Of a stretch of DNA of 64,000 nucleotides, positions 24,734 to 39,500 are shown piece after piece. Under the pieces are notes generated by a model. It was not told the DNA's origin. It saw nothing but the letters and a program-made list of their open reading frames with translations, and searched no databases. Both the position numbers and the translations under genes were made by a program. The number at the start of each line of letters is the position of its first letter. Within the stretch, counting starts at the first letter, position 1. The stretch lies in contig OZ024740.1 in assembly GCA_964016885.1 (NCBI GenBank), positions 358,980,001 to 359,044,000 of the forward strand, read 5' to 3'. The stretch is from Eledone cirrhosa. Taxonomy: Eukaryota.

Positions 24734-27700
24734 ATGACCTCACTCAGAATAGGCAGCATAAATGCGCGTGGCTTGGGGTCGTCATGGAAGCAGGGCCACC
24801 TGCTCAACGACATCAGGTCACTAAACATAGATGTAGTGGCCATCAGCGAGACCAGAATCTCCGAAGCACGGGCCTTCGCACCGATCTTCGGCGGCTACGA
24901 TGTGTACGCATCTCCCAGCCGTCCGGGATCGGGGGGAGGAGTTGCTGTGCTTTTTCGGAGAGGTTTGGATCTTGCCATACGGGCCATCTTCCTGGACCCA
25001 GAAGGTAAGTTGGTGGTGCTAGACGTGACCAGCGGAGACGGGCAAGCTTTCAGGTTAGTGGCCGTCTATGCCCCGACGGGAGCAGGGCGGCCTGATTTCT
25101 TCCGGCGTCTAGAAACCTTTCTTGGAACGTCCCGCTCTTTAGTGTTAGTGGGCGGCTGGAACGGGATCTTAGGTGCACGCTGGGATTGTGTGGGATTAGT
25201 GGATAGGGAAGGAGGGTGCAAGAGTCTCACCAACCTGCTCAGGCGTTTTGAACTGTCTGACAGGTACCGAATGGATTTCCCGAATGTACCAATGTGGACT
25301 TGGACAAATCGCATAGGGTCATCCATATCAAATCTAGATAGAGTATTTTGTAGGGAAATAGATAGGTCTAGCATAGGCTGTCCACAATTCAAGATAGTCA
25401 GCTACACGGACCACAAATTGGTGATGTGTGTGCTTGACTTAGATAGGCTTCATAGACGAGTACCCGGCTACTGGAAGCTAAACGCGTACTTACCAGCGCC
25501 CAAGGACTACAGAGACCGGATTAGCGAACTAGTTAAGCGGGCGTTGAGGGGCCATCGTCAACAACAAGTGGTGGTTTGCTCTGAAAAGAGCAATTAGAAT
25601 AGAGTCCATTAGGTTTAGTAAGGCTTTAGCAATAGAGAAAAATAGAGCAGAGGGAGAATTAGTTAGAAAATTAGACGAGGCGCTTAGCAAAGGCATCGCG
25701 ACCGACGTACTTGCGGCGAAATTGGCCCTTGACCAATTCTTCAATGCAAAGCACTAAGGCTGCGTTGTCAGAGCTAGGGTGCGTGCTCTCAGACACGAGG
25801 GGACGAAAGCCGTTCAATGGGCCCGAGTGGCGGAGGCGCGTCGTGGCAACAAAGCCACGATCCGGTCTTTGGTAGACCACGACGGGCGCATGCTACTCGA
25901 TCCCGGGCAAATGTGTGAAGCTTTTCAGCGACACTTCGCTCAACTGTTCGGGGGCAGTGGCGGGCCGGATCGAGGCATGGACTTGAGTGTCTACCTCGAC
26001 GGACTGCCGCGGCTTTCGGCCACTGAGGCGGAGTGTTGCGAAAAGCCGATAACAACCGCTGAAGTACGGGAGGCAATGACTGGCTGCACAAGGGGTAAAT
26101 CGCCTGGTTTGGATGGTCTGCCCTATGAACTTTACGTACAAATGTCAGACTTGTTCGGAGGCCTCTTGGCGGACGTCTACTGCAACTGGCAACAGAACGG
26201 GAGAATTCCCAGCTCTGTGAGCCGAGGAGCGGTGGCGCTGCTGAGAAAGGATCCGAACAAAGGGGATAACATAGATAATTTTAGGCCCATAACTCTTCTA
26301 AACACAGAGTTCAAGATTTTGGCCAAGGTGCTAGCAAAGAGGTTGGCGCTTGTCGTTGGTGGACTGGTGGGAGAGGCACAGACATGCACCATTCCCGACA
26401 GATCCATCCACGACAACCTCCACCTCATGCGATACATCGTAGAGAGGGTAGCTAGAGAACCTGGCACGGGTGGGTCTTTGATCAATTTAGATCAGTCGAA
26501 AGCCTTCGATAGGGTCGACCATCGTTACCTGGCGGCAGCCCTGAGGGCGGCTGGCTTTGGGCCCGTCTTCAGAGGCTGGATCGCTGCCATGTACAGCGAC
26601 ATCTGCTCTGTAGTGAGAGTGAACGGTCACCTTTCGGAAACGTTCAACATCATGCGCTCGGTCCGACAAGGATGTCCCCTCTCGTCACTATTGTACGTAT
26701 TGACTCTCGAGCCATTACTGCACAAACTGGAGACGTTGAGGGGGGTCCCGCGCGAACTAGGATGCGGAAGATCCGTGTCAGCATATGCTGGCGATGTCAC
26801 CGTAGTGGTGTCGAACGCCAAACACATCGAGGCGATCGGCACTACACTAAGAGAATACGAAGTGGTGACAGGAGCAATGATCAACCAGGAAAAGTCAGTG
26901 GGCCTGCAGCTCGGCACCTGGAGAGGCAGGTCCATGCCGTCCAACAGCGTCGTCGGGCGCTGGACGGGCGGACCGGTTAAATTGCTAGGGGTCTGGTTCG
27001 GTCCAGACCTCCAGACGGACAAAACTGGGACGAGGTGACGAGCAGGGTGGCTTCTCTCACCCAGAAATGGGCCGAGAGGAAGCTATCCCTGAAAGGTCGA
27101 GCGGAGGTGGCTAACGCGTACATCGCGTCCGTCATCTACTACCGCCTGACCGTCGTTCCTTGTCCTAAGCCCCGCCTGACTGCGCTGGAGCGTTTGCTCT
27201 TTCGCTTTTTGTGGAAGGGACGCGCTCCGATGGTCAGGAGGTCCATCTGCTGTCAACACCCGCTAGGTGGAGGGCTGGGCATGCCGTGGCTGATGATGCG
27301 CAGACACGCGCTCAGGCTACGATATCTCCACCTCTTCATCGACGGTGATCAGGTGTGGTCGCCGTTTGCTAGACACGTATTTCCCCAGCTCGTTTCCTTG
27401 ACGGAGCTGCAGTCCTGGGTCAGGCGAAGACCGAGAGGGAGCGCTTGGAGACTGGAATGTCTTCAGGCGCTCACAGCCCTCGACCAATCGGGCAATGTGA
27501 TCGGTGGAAACTCCACCTTGGCGTTCTATAGAGGATTAGTGGAGGGGAAGAGCGACGACGTACTTGGAGAAACTCTAGGCGTCGACGAAAATCAACTCGC
27601 CAATCTCTTCGGAAGGACTTTCGGCCGGGGCCTATGGACAACTTCCAGAAATCCCTGGCCTGGCAGTGCTACCGGGGTACTTTGCCAGTTCGGGATAAAC

Positions 27701-28149
27701 TCTACAGGCATGGAGGTGCCGTCAGCCTGGCATGTCCGAGATGCGCACAGGGCGACGACACCGTCTTGCACGCACTCGTCCAGTGTCCGAGCATTGCTGA
27801 CTTGTGGGTTTATTTCGAACACCTGCTGTCACGTTAAGGACGGATCCAGCTATCAGCTGAGTCCATCGTGAGGATTGCCCCGCCCTCTTCCTTTAGCCGG
27901 CGAGGGCAGGCAGTTTTTATCAGTCTGGTGGCCATGGCGAAAGAGATAATATGGTGGGCACGTTTGAAAGGGCTGAAGACGAGCACTTACCTCTTCGGTG
28001 ATGCCCTGATTAACTTTTTCAAATTTCATTTGAAAAGGAAAATCAGGGTAGAGAGGGAAGTGCTCTCTTCCCAGCATTTTGTTGAAAGATGGGTGAGAGA
28101 AGCAAGTATGGCCCGAATGAATGGGCCTTCTCTGAGTATGTGTCTGTAA
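24734..28149 (+). pseudogene. Tx1/L1 ORF2 (APE endonuclease-RT), disrupted
   Basis: Pieces 24734-25597 (SINARGL, AVYAP, YTDHK), 25779-27038 (RT, with YADD altered to YAGD) and 27035-28149, separated by frameshifts and stops. Confidence 0.88.
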
Positions 28150-28405
28150 ATTAAAGGTGGAAAACTGGGAGAGGGCACTTGCCCTGGTGGTCAGAGTCAC
28201 TGTGGTCTTTTAATGGGCTTTCTTCACAAATGTCCCTCGGAAGTCTCCCCCCTATTGGGGAAGTTTTCTTTGTTATTTTATTACATCCTCTGTTTTTTTA
28301 CACGCAGAAATGCCCATTTGTACCGTCCTGTATTGTTCTGTACTGTCCTTAATGTATACTTTATGTAAACCCATGTGGTTAATAAAGAAAACATTATTAT
28401 TATTA

Positions 28406-31267
28406 TTTGCATTTATCTTGCTTTATGTTCATACGAGTTATCACCAAGTCACAACCAGTGACCTCAAGAGACAACAAGGTCCGCCATGTTCAAGAAAGAA
28501 CATACATATTCACACATGCATCCTTAGTGTTTAGACTTGTGATGTACTTATATTGACAGGATCTTCCTTAGTATATGGGCAGTTCCCATTAGTACTATCT
28601 TTTGTATTTCTCCTATACGCGGGTTTCCTGGGATTTGCGATAAGTAGTCGTTAGACCCCTTAGGTATCATTCCCAGAGCGCCTACAACCACTGGTATTGT
28701 TTTAGTTCTCAATTTCCACATTTTTCCAATTTCTATCTCCAGGTCCTTATACTTGCTCAATTTTTCAAATGTTTTTATAGATACATTCTTGTCTATTAGA
28801 ACAGACATATCAATTAGCAGGCATATCCTCCTTTGAAAGTCCTTCAATATTATATCAGGTCTATTTGCATCTATTTTTCGGTCTGTTTGGATGCTAAAGT
28901 TCCACAAGATTGAGATGTGATCTTTTTCAAGTATGGGAGGTGGTTGATGCTCCCACCAATTCTTTTGATGGGGCAGGTCAAAATGCTTACACATTATCCA
29001 ATGTATGTATTGTGCAGCTCTGTCATGCCTGTTTAGGTATTCGGTTGGAGCTATAGGACTGCACATTGAAATTATATGGTCAATGGTCTCTGGTTGTTTT
29101 TTGCATACACGGCATAATGGGCTGCACCCATTTTTTATTATGTTGGCTTGGTAATTTTTTGTTGGCAGACATTGATCTTGTGCCGATATAATCAGTCCTT
29201 CAGTCTCCGATTTCAGTCCAGAGGATGCCAACCACTGATGGGTTAAAGTTTTGTCAACATCAGGATTGTTAGCTCGCTCTGGGTATTTTCCATACAGAGG
29301 CTTTTCTTGCCATTTCTTAGCCAGTTTCTTTAGCAGTTCTTTCTTTGCAGTTACTTTTACCTGCCTTGCTTTTTCTGTGTTTTCCATTTCAGCAGTAAAT
29401 GGGACTTCTGAAATTTGTAGTCCATTACTGTATCTTCGTGCATCTTTTGTAATGGAATATGATCTTTTGGTGCTTTCGTGTTTCAAAACGAGTTTGATCA
29501 TCCAATCATGTGATTCCCTTAGATATGTGGATAATCCAATTGTTGCAGTTTTCAACGCAATGTCTAACTGGATTAATCCACGTCCTCCTTCTTTCCTAGG
29601 GAGATATATTCTATCTATGTCTGCCTTAGGGTGATGCATTCTGTGCATGGTTAAGAAATTTCGGATTTTTGTATCGAGCCTACGGATCTCTGTGCTTGAC
29701 CAGTTGATGACATTGTAACTGTAGGTTACTACTGGTATGGCAAGCGTGTTTATGGCATCGATCCTATTCCTTTCATTCAATTCCGTTCTTAAGATTGCTC
29801 TGACTCTGCGGTAACATTCCTTCCTTATCCTTTCCCTCATTGTCGATTGCTTGATTCCGTCTCCTTCACAAACACCTAGATATTTGTAAGTTTTTTCTTG
29901 ATCAAGCTCTCTTATCACGTTCCCCCGATCAAGATTAATGTCTGAACTCTTCAGCAGCTTTCCTCTGGTGAACGTTGCTTTGGCGCATTTATCCAGTCCA
30001 AACTCCATTTTAATGTCATCACTGAACTGCTTCACAGTGGACAATAGCCCTTGCAATTGTTCATCATTTTTTGCAAATAGTTTCAGGTCATCCATGTAGA
30101 ACAGGTGATTAATGGTTTTGTCATAGACTCTATATCCATGTTTTGTTTCATTGAGCATTTTACTTAATGGTATAAGTGCGATGCAGAATAAAAGCGGTGA
30201 TAAAGAGTCACCCTGAAAAATTCCACAATTAATGTTAACTTCTCCAGCTTCCAGTGATTTTGTTTCACTATTCAAAAGGAGTGTCGTTCTCCATGTCCTC
30301 ATACTGAATGACAAAAACCTCCTGACAACGGGGGATATTTTGAAAATCTCTAAACATTTTTCAATCCAACTGTGTGGCAAACTATCGAATGCTTTTTTAT
30401 AATCCATCCAAGCAATCGATAGATTTTTGTGTCTATTATGACAATCTTCCAGTATCATTTTGTTAACCAGAAGCTGATCCTTACAGCCATATGAGCCTCG
30501 TTTACACCCTTTCTGCTCAATGGGAAATAGGTCATTTGTTATCAGGTGGTCATATGTGTATTCAGTTAGGACTGATGTTAAAATTTTATACATTGTGGTC
30601 AAGCAGGTTATCGGTCTGTAATTTTTGGGATTGTTTGTCTCATCATTCTTCGGTAACAGGAATGTAATGCCGTTAACTAGCCATGATGGTATCTTTTATG
30701 GCTCCTTAACTATTTCATTGTAAAGTTGGGCTAACAGCTCATGAGACTCTGTGAAGGCATTTATCCAAAAGTTTTGTATTTTGTCTTTTCCTGGGGATTT
30801 CCATTTGCTGGTTTTTCTTAGAGCCAAGCGCAGCTGTTCAACTGTTATATTTTCCCATGTTTGTTCTTCAAGGTGAGCTGTTTCTTTCATTTGTCTGTCT
30901 ATCCATGGGGCATGTATGTTATGAACTTTTTCTTCGGCCCAGATCTTTTCCCAGAATTCTTGCACTTCCTCCTTGGGTGGTATTGATTTAGCAGTTATTG
31001 TTGACTTACCAATTTTTCTGTAGAAGTTTATTTGGTTGATTTTGAACATATTATTGTCCCTATAGAATCTAGATCGTTTTTCAAAGCGCCTTATACGAGC
31101 AGCTTTGGCCGACACTTTTTGCTTGATTGTTTCTATCAGCATGTCTATGTCACATATTGATCTTATACTGTACTTTTTTTTCAATTTTCTAAGTTTAGTT
31201 TGTTTAACATGTTCACCTACTTTATAGTTTGTTAAAATTTCTATGTCAGATCGGAGAAGGTTTATTT
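28406..31267 (-). mobile_element. R4/Dong-type LINE, 5'-truncated, ORF nearly intact
   Basis: 684-aa ORF 28548-30602 with LFYMDDLKL, CRVC..HIISMC, RHD and RPDIILKD..LIDMSV..K..KY. One in-frame stop at 30696-30698, where copy 1 has Glu. Homology to copy 1 ends near 31267. Confidence 0.92.
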
Positions 31268-33008
31268 TATAATATAATATTTGGGCCTTTAGGCCCAAAT
31301 AATTAAACTTTGTTTTAAAAATTTGTTTTCTAAAAAAATAAACATGCCAGTGGAGCAAACGTTGAGCTAAGTAACACCACCCCTGGCACAAATTTAGGCA
31401 GTATTGCCAGCAATAAAAAATAACACCAACAAAACAGGCGAAAGAAACAATGGCAACAAAAACAACACCGCAATTAACAACAGCAACAACAACAACATGA
31501 TTAGTGACAGCACCAACAGCAACAACGAAACAAGTCAGGAAAGTGGCTTCAACAACAACATTAACTTCACCAAGAACAACAACAGAATGATTAACAACAC
31601 CAACAACAAGAAGAGCATAAGGAAAAATGAGAACAACAGCAACAATAGAACCAACAACAACACCGACAGCACCAACCACAACAACATGACCGACAACAAT
31701 GTGACCAGCTACAAAGTATCATTCGTGAAGAAAGCTGAATGCTAGGGCAAATGGCTCCTTCCATTTGTCCTCCTCCAACGTACAAGCGCATATTCAGAGC
31801 TGACACATGCACTCATGCCATGCTCACCACTTTTATCCACCTTTCAACAAACAGGTTAGTGCGGATAACTCTAAATATGTTGCCCTGGTGTGCTTTATAT
31901 TACTCTAGTTATTTCATATTTTCAGCCAATTCCAATACGTCAATCATATCATATAACTTGGTTTTCATATAATTCTGTCTCGCCCTATGCTTATAACGTC
32001 CATTGCATTGTCTGTACGAACCTATTCTGGCTAATAAATGAGGCAATCATTATTAATGTTTGAATTGTTCAGACGTGCTTTGCTTCGACTCGTACAGTTT
32101 GCAGTTTGTTCATTAATTTGACTTTTATTTATTATCGGCTGGATCCTAATTTAGCGATCGGCCCTTGTTTCATGTTTTGTTTTTTGTTTTGTTTTTTTTG
32201 TTTTTTTTTTTCTTTTTTTAGCAAAAGTATGAAAGCAAATCATGAATTTATTCCTAGTGTAAATCTCAAAGATGGCGTCCTTACCGGCATTGACCCTCCA
32301 AATCAGTCAGCAAGAAAGAAGAGTGAGGGGTCATTCAAAAGGCGAAATTGATTTTGCGACTCTACATTTTCTGTCTTCAAACAAGGCGTTTTTAGCTTCA
32401 TACTTTTTCTGGCCAACATCATCACAGCAAGCGAGTGTGCCAAAAGGGACAACAAAATACGACAAACAACAATGACAGAAATTATGGGAGCGGCAGCATG
32501 ACCACTGATCAACGTGATTGAAGACACCAATGGATAGCCTGTTACATACCATTGCATTGGCTTCAAAATGCGAAACATGGAAAGAGCAAGTGAAATCTCA
32601 AAATGATAAAGGATTAAAGCCCGTGTATTGTAAAAGAAACCTACATCTTTTATATAAATGAGAATGGTAGAGTAGCTTTCAATATTCCGACAGACACTGT
32701 AATAGAATGACACTCCACAACTCAGCTACAAAACTCCTCACAGCAATTGACAACGGTTAAATTGGTCGATATGAAGTTTACCTGGCGGACACGAGCTACT
32801 GTTAATTTCTACAGTTTTCTATTGTATTTGGTGTTATTTGCTTGTTCTTTGCCATTTTCCATCTGGTTTTGACCGTGAGGCAACGGTACAATTACGGTGA
32901 TTCACCGTTTAAGTGAAAATTCTGAATAAAAACCATGTTTTGTTACATAATACGATTTTTCAGCACCTTTAAACATGTAAATGGCACGCACACATACACA
33001 CATACAAA

Positions 33009-33146
<138 letters not shown>

Positions 33147-34004
33147 AAAGATTTAGCACGGTTTATTGTTAATTAATCGGTTTCTATACTTGTCTGTTAT
33201 TTCTCCATCAATTTCTCCAGAGATCAAATTTTCCCTATCGCTATTCGTCAGTAACAAGCATAATCTAATCTACATAGCCTATTTCGTCCGAGCAATTTCC
33301 AATTCTCATACAGTATTTTCATGTATTATTAGTTGCCTTCTTTATTTATATTATTCCATATTCAATATCCGAAATACCATTTTTTTACACACGCCCAAAC
33401 ACCTCTTCTATTACCCTCCTCTCACACATACACTCACATACACACAAACGACAATGCGTTGTTAAGTATCCTGATTTCGCTAAGCTACTCTTGCGCATAT
33501 TCTATCGAATTTAACATCGGTTCATTTTCTCTTCGTTTCTTATTTTTGGCCAGTAAAACTTCATTTCGTTTCCTAATTCAAAATGTAAAGATTTTATCAC
33601 ATATTTATGAACATAATTGCATCATAGCATTGAAGGGGATAGGAGGCTAAACAATGCAAAATGGACTGTAAATTGAGGTAACGAAAAGTAAAAGTAAGTT
33701 ATCTGGTAATCTTTGTATCTTTTGTGTTGTTGTTCTTTTTTATCTGTCCAATATTTCGAGACCTAAAATCCCTTTATCATGGTTTAAGGAACTTTTAGTG
33801 CATAATGTTCCAATTTCCTCTCTTTGGGTAAAATTTTGATTTTGATTTAAATTTGTTTCTAAGTCGTTGTCAAGCATTTTTTAATGGTTATTTCGCTTTC
33901 CACGTGAATGGCGTAATTTGCAAATATAGTATTTCGCGAAATCAATTTTCATTTTTGTATAAGATATTTAGTTTGTGTGTATGTGGGTATGTCTTTTTAA
34001 GTCA

Positions 34005-34272
34005 AGTATTGTGTGCTGAGTTCTAATCTATTATTTATTTGCGGGAAGAGTATGAGCAAGGCTTCCTTAATTCTTAAGTTGTCCACATTTCTATCACGCT
34101 TCAGTGGTAACGGTAACATGCTGGTTGATGTTTCTACATTTATCAATGTATTTTTTTAATGAGGACACGCGTGTGTTGAGGTATTCTTTAATGCGAATGT
34201 GGGGTGCTGGAGTCGTGCTACCAATGTAGAACTCCTTACATTTGTTGCATTCAATCGGGTACACCACGTGTA
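34005..34272 (-). mobile_element. Degraded Penelope-like GIY-YIG fragment
   Basis: HVVYPIECNKCKEFYIGSTT..HIRIKEY...PQINNRLE, same family as the 49.8-51.1 kb element. Confidence 0.8.
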
Positions 34273-36370
34273 TCCACTAGCACGTACCTGTATCATTCCG
34301 AAAGCTCTATATACCTTTTAATGCCCCTGTTTTCATTCACCGCCTTAAGTACCATTTCAGAACTTTTTCTTTCAAAAAGCTGACTCTTAGTCCTACCATG
34401 ATTTCAATATAGTACACTATATTGAAAATGATTGAAGTCTTTACTAGAAACTAAATAAAATAAAAAATGAAGCACATTTCTACAACATTTGAACGCTATC
34501 TTCTTGCTAGGATCAAGGTACTTCATGACTGGCACCTTTCTGCTCTGATCATCTGAAAATGGCCTTCACCATTGGGCATCTTCACCATTAGCCGAGCCGT
34601 GAAGAGATACACATTGTTTGGACTGTAATCCCTTAACTATCGTTAGAACACTTGAATGGTCTACAGCCAGTCTTCCATCTACTTCTCAATTAGTATATTA
34701 TTTGGTTTCCCTTATATTAGATTATACTTCAAATGAAGTAAACTATGGTTAATTTCTTTGATTTATCGTAAGTTTCAGGAATTCTGCTTATTATTTCCCC
34801 TGATTTTCCCTTTCTTCCTTGCGTTTCCCATTCTTCTTCAGATTCAATTTCAAATCGATTCCCATGAAATGATCTGATATAACGATAAGCGTAGTTTCTG
34901 TCCAGCTCTGTGTAAGAAGAAGAAGCACTTCCGAGTTGGTAGTGTCAGATTTCGTTGGCTGCTGGTTGCAGTGATAGTGAGAATAAGGTAATTTCTTTGA
35001 AGAACAAATTATACTACATCAAACTGTATAGCAAATTATTCTTGCATATTTATGCTTTATCCCATATTATTTTGTTAACAAGTAGCTGGTCAATTTTTGC
35101 ATTATGCATGTCCTAAAAGCATGTTGTTAGTGTTGATTTATAACTCTTTCCTCTTGTGTTCAAATAATTTTACCTCATAATCAACCATCTTTTTGTTACT
35201 TTCATTGATCAAATTCCACACATCAAATCGAAATCCCATATTATTGGGTGGTACTATCGGAAGCGCTCAGGAAAAAACACCTGGCAATATTTGCTTACAT
35301 CTCTTTGAATTCTGATATCAAATAGCTCCGGTCCCACCTTCATGTTTCCTTTTCTGAGATTGATAAAAATATTGATTTTGGTTATGTTAAAAGAATCCGG
35401 CACCTAAATGTGTTGTTATGGGCCTAAATTTGAGAAGTTTTTATTATACATATTTTTCTTTGTGTTACTTTCATTGCTTCTTTTTACGTTTACTGTACAA
35501 CCGAACGCAGCTCCGTCCATCATAGTTATGCATTGGCTTATGCATGTATGTATTGATAAAGAGACGAACAGAATGTCCATCAGGATGTAGCTATGTCTCT
35601 TTACGTTCTGAAATCAAATCTCTTTGAAACATTTCGGTTTTCACCATTTAGAGATCGATAACATAAGTACCATGTAAAGTGCTGGAGTGCTTCAATCACA
35701 TGTGCACGTATCCCAACATATATAGCTCTGTGCCTATATTAGAAGATAATTACCATTTTAATATCTTCATTAATGAAGACGAAATATGATACTATAAGTG
35801 ATCTAGGTAAGCATAAATTTGGATAGGTTTGTCGGTATAGGCATTAATTTTGGAAACAGTATTTTTCTATGAATGGGTGCAAGTCAATGGTGGATTATAT
35901 CAAGATAGCATTTATAGAAATGTTGTCAGATAATCCTTCAATATTACCTTTAATTTACCTCGTGACTAACAATTTATTTCCAATCATTACAAAAAATTTA
36001 TTTCTCTCCATATATCGAAATTCATATTCCCAATTCCAGCTATTGTTTGTCTTAGATAATATAAATAACTTTCATAACTTTGCCGAGCACGTCAATCAGC
36101 TGTACAAGTGATACCTAGTTCCTATACCTTATTATTAGGATTTTCTAGGGCGTAGGATTGACTGAATCCTAAGAGCGTGTCGAAAACATTCTCTTGTACC
36201 ATTGGTTCTGGCTTTACGTTCTATGCTGAAAGTCTGCCAAGGTGAATCATTCTGGGATCGATAAAATGTAGTATTAGTCAGGTGCTCGACATCGATTTAA
36301 TCGACTTTTACCCTCTGCAAAAATTACTAGCCTTAGGCTTTAATTAATATCACTTATTATTATGCATTCA

Positions 36371-36557
36371 GGCGGTGGATTGGCAGTATTGGTAGAGGGT
36401 TGGACGCCATGCTTTGACGCATAGAGTTACGGCCCTTGCCATTCTAAGTTCAAATCCCGACGAGGTTAACTTTGCCTTTCATCCTTACGGGGTCGATAAA
36501 ATAAAGTACCAGTAATACACTGGGTAATTGCTGACCTTGTGACTAACGTAGAAACCT
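36371..36557 (+). mobile_element. tRNA-derived SINE
   Basis: Full-length match to the 59837-60020 copy; a more degraded copy lies just upstream (about 36200-36350). Confidence 0.88.
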
Positions 36558-39500
36558 TATTATTCTATTTTATATTATTCTATTTTAATATTATTCTATT
36601 TTAATTTCTGTGTTTCCTCTTATTAAACCACACTGTATTTGTATTCAATATTAGTGATTACCTATTACTCCACTTAATGTAACTATATATTTCTTTTAAT
36701 GTGAGCGGATGTAGGTATAGATTTAAATGTAAGCGTACTGAGTACCGATTTATTATGGTTTTTAAATGTTTTTCATTAATTTGAGTGTATATTTTGGTCA
36801 TTAGAAATTAAACATATTTACTTATATTAACATAATAGTTATCTTTTAGGATATGAGTGTTCTCTGAAAAAGTGTTTCATGTATTTGTAGGCATGAAATG
36901 TATTTGAGTAATACGCTTTACCTTATTTGTATCTCTTCTGTCTGTACATCCTAGAATTTTGGCACCCATGATTGGTATACACTTGTATTCAAACACATGA
37001 GTTATCAACCACAATGTACGTTATATTTCTGTCAATTATAGGTCGGGGAGTCGGAATTACCCTGTCAGCGTGCACTGCCATGGCATATGGCTTTAATGTA
37101 CATAATTGTTCTGTAATTGCCTCAGAAATAAACTGGCTTCTATTTTATATCTGAAAATTTGTCAGAGACGATGCCTAAGTGACAGATTGTGTCTGTAAAT
37201 GGAGAACTATATCGCTACGTGATCTGCTGCTCCGGCACATACACATACTACATACTTGTGACGGACGCACTATTTGCATTTCATTTTAAGAGAGATTTTC
37301 ATAACATCAGATTTGGAATTAACAAGACTGGGCTGCTTATATCTGAATTTGATTGTTGTTGCTTAAATTTCTGTTAAAAGCTGACAATATGATACAGACA
37401 CATATTAACCTTTGCAGATCTTTTGCCATTGCTTATCAATTTCTAAGCTATTGGTGATATTTGTTATGCACTTTTATTTCCCTCACTATTTTACATATTT
37501 CTGTAATTTGCATTCGAATGAGTAGTCCCTCAAGTTGCACCATTATCAAATTCATCAGTCTTCCACAGCTGAAACAAATAGGCACTAGTCATCGCTTTGA
37601 TTTAAAATGCAGCTGAAGCCAACGTTACTTTTCAACGATAGTATAAGTGGTTGTTGAGTAAATCAACTGTTCTATTTCCCAAAATTAACAACTATGTGCA
37701 TATTTAGGAAGCAATATTTAACATTTAAAGTAAAAACAAAAAAAAAACATTCTTCTTTTGTAAAGAGGTGGGCGAAGCATTATAGCAGTCAAATCTCATC
37801 CCATTTATCAAAGAAGCCTCTTGCAACAAAGCTAATAGAAATATATCAAACTGAAATAGGAAGCAAAACAATTACGTCGTAATCTTACTGTTAGATACAA
37901 ATTCCTTTTGCCTAAATTTTGGTAATACAAGATGAGCTGAGAGGGGTCCATGTTAACTATCGGAACATATCCCTGTTTTCTAAAGAATAACACTAGAACA
38001 GTCATCTTTGAAATTCCTTTGGTTTTAGTTTGCAAAAAGTACAGCGATTTACTTCTTGAAATAGATTATTACCGTCTCTAGGAAATATTTATATTTTCTA
38101 GAATCACGCTACCGTGTCATTATCTCCGAGATTAATGATATATGATAAAGATTTCTTCCAGATATTTCGCCATCATTACAAATGAATTTATCACTATCGG
38201 TAAAATGGAGACACATAACATATACTTGAATGCAGTATAAATAATTGTTACATACAATTCATGGGTATACCTTGAAAATATGTTTCGAGATTTGTTTGGA
38301 ATACTATAACAGCTTTCTTTTTTCCAATAATTGTATACGTCAAAATTAAAAGTACATTGTATACTATTATTTAATTTCTCATACCTCACGAATTCTAAGC
38401 TGAAACTCTTTTTGCAACATCAGTAGCAGAATTTTGGCGTTGCGGTTGAATAACAACGAACAAACTCGAGTTCTTTCAGAAACGTTAAAATTGGTCAACA
38501 GTTCTCTACAGTGTGGTTACTTATTATTCTATGAGTGATTCATTAGCTTGTAGGATAAATATATTCCTTCATGGTGGAAAGAATTACGCTTTCTCCGGAT
38601 AGAATTCTCTCTGGCACCCGCTTAAAGTAAGTTAGACACCAGCTCAGATGGACTGTGATTTAAAACGTATTAATGCTTCTAATAATGCTTCTACTAACGT
38701 CACGATATAACAAAGTCCCCTTCCTCTTCTACATTAAAGTAGGGATTTTATATCAAATAAAGCAATAATTCGTTGATATGTTGATAAATCTCATTATTTT
38801 TACGATGTATTTTGTACTAGAATAAGTAAGCGTTAGGGGATTAGAAAGACACAGAGCATGTGGGGAGGAATTGACATACAACTTATGAAAAAAGAAAACA
38901 AGGAAAAAGAATCAGAGGAGTTATATAATATTTAACCCACTGTCATGGAAACTACTTTCCAATGTTGGACTTTGATTTAACCCAGCATTCATAAACTATA
39001 ATTTCGAAAAAATATATTTGATTGAATTCATTCAGTGCCTCGCAGTATTTTGTACTATCTTTCATCGATCTATTTTCAAATTAAAGAGATGTTGACTTTG
39101 CATAACATCTCTCTGAAGTCTATCAGGTAAATACCAGTAAAATTCAAGACTATTCACTTATAAATTACAAGCTTTATACTAATGTAAGAAATCAATATAA
39201 AATCAGTTATAATTATATCGATTTCGTCTATTTAACCCCATTTCATAGATAAAACAAAACATTATTGACAACGTAAATCAATTATATGTTTACTATTGGT
39301 TGTTTCTGATCTAATTATAACTCCTGTGTCATCTTGTTTCTTTTCTTTTTTACTTTTGTTAAATATTACATACATCCTGAAGTGTTTCTTTTATGCGAAC
39401 TTTATTTCTCATTCAAACCAGCCAATCTAATTTCTCGAGATACATACACATAAAATGACTGACCATGTTTGTGTGTGATATTTCAAGTATGGCTCGCTCT

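Larger units (their letters stand above)
22516..28406 (+). mobile_element. Tx1/L1-clade LINE, full length with frameshifts
   Basis: ORF1 has a CCHC knuckle; ORF2 has APE endonuclease, RT and a C-terminal CPRC...H...C. AATAAA at 28381 is followed by an (ATT)n tail. Confidence 0.92.

Noticed and set aside
19971-27822. Numerous antisense and alternate-frame ORFs over the LINEs
   Set aside because: Shadows of GC-rich LINE coding sequence.
30696-31679. 327-aa ORF with a Val-rich N-terminus
   Set aside because: Chimera of antisense (AAC)n low-complexity sequence and truncated Dong coding sequence.
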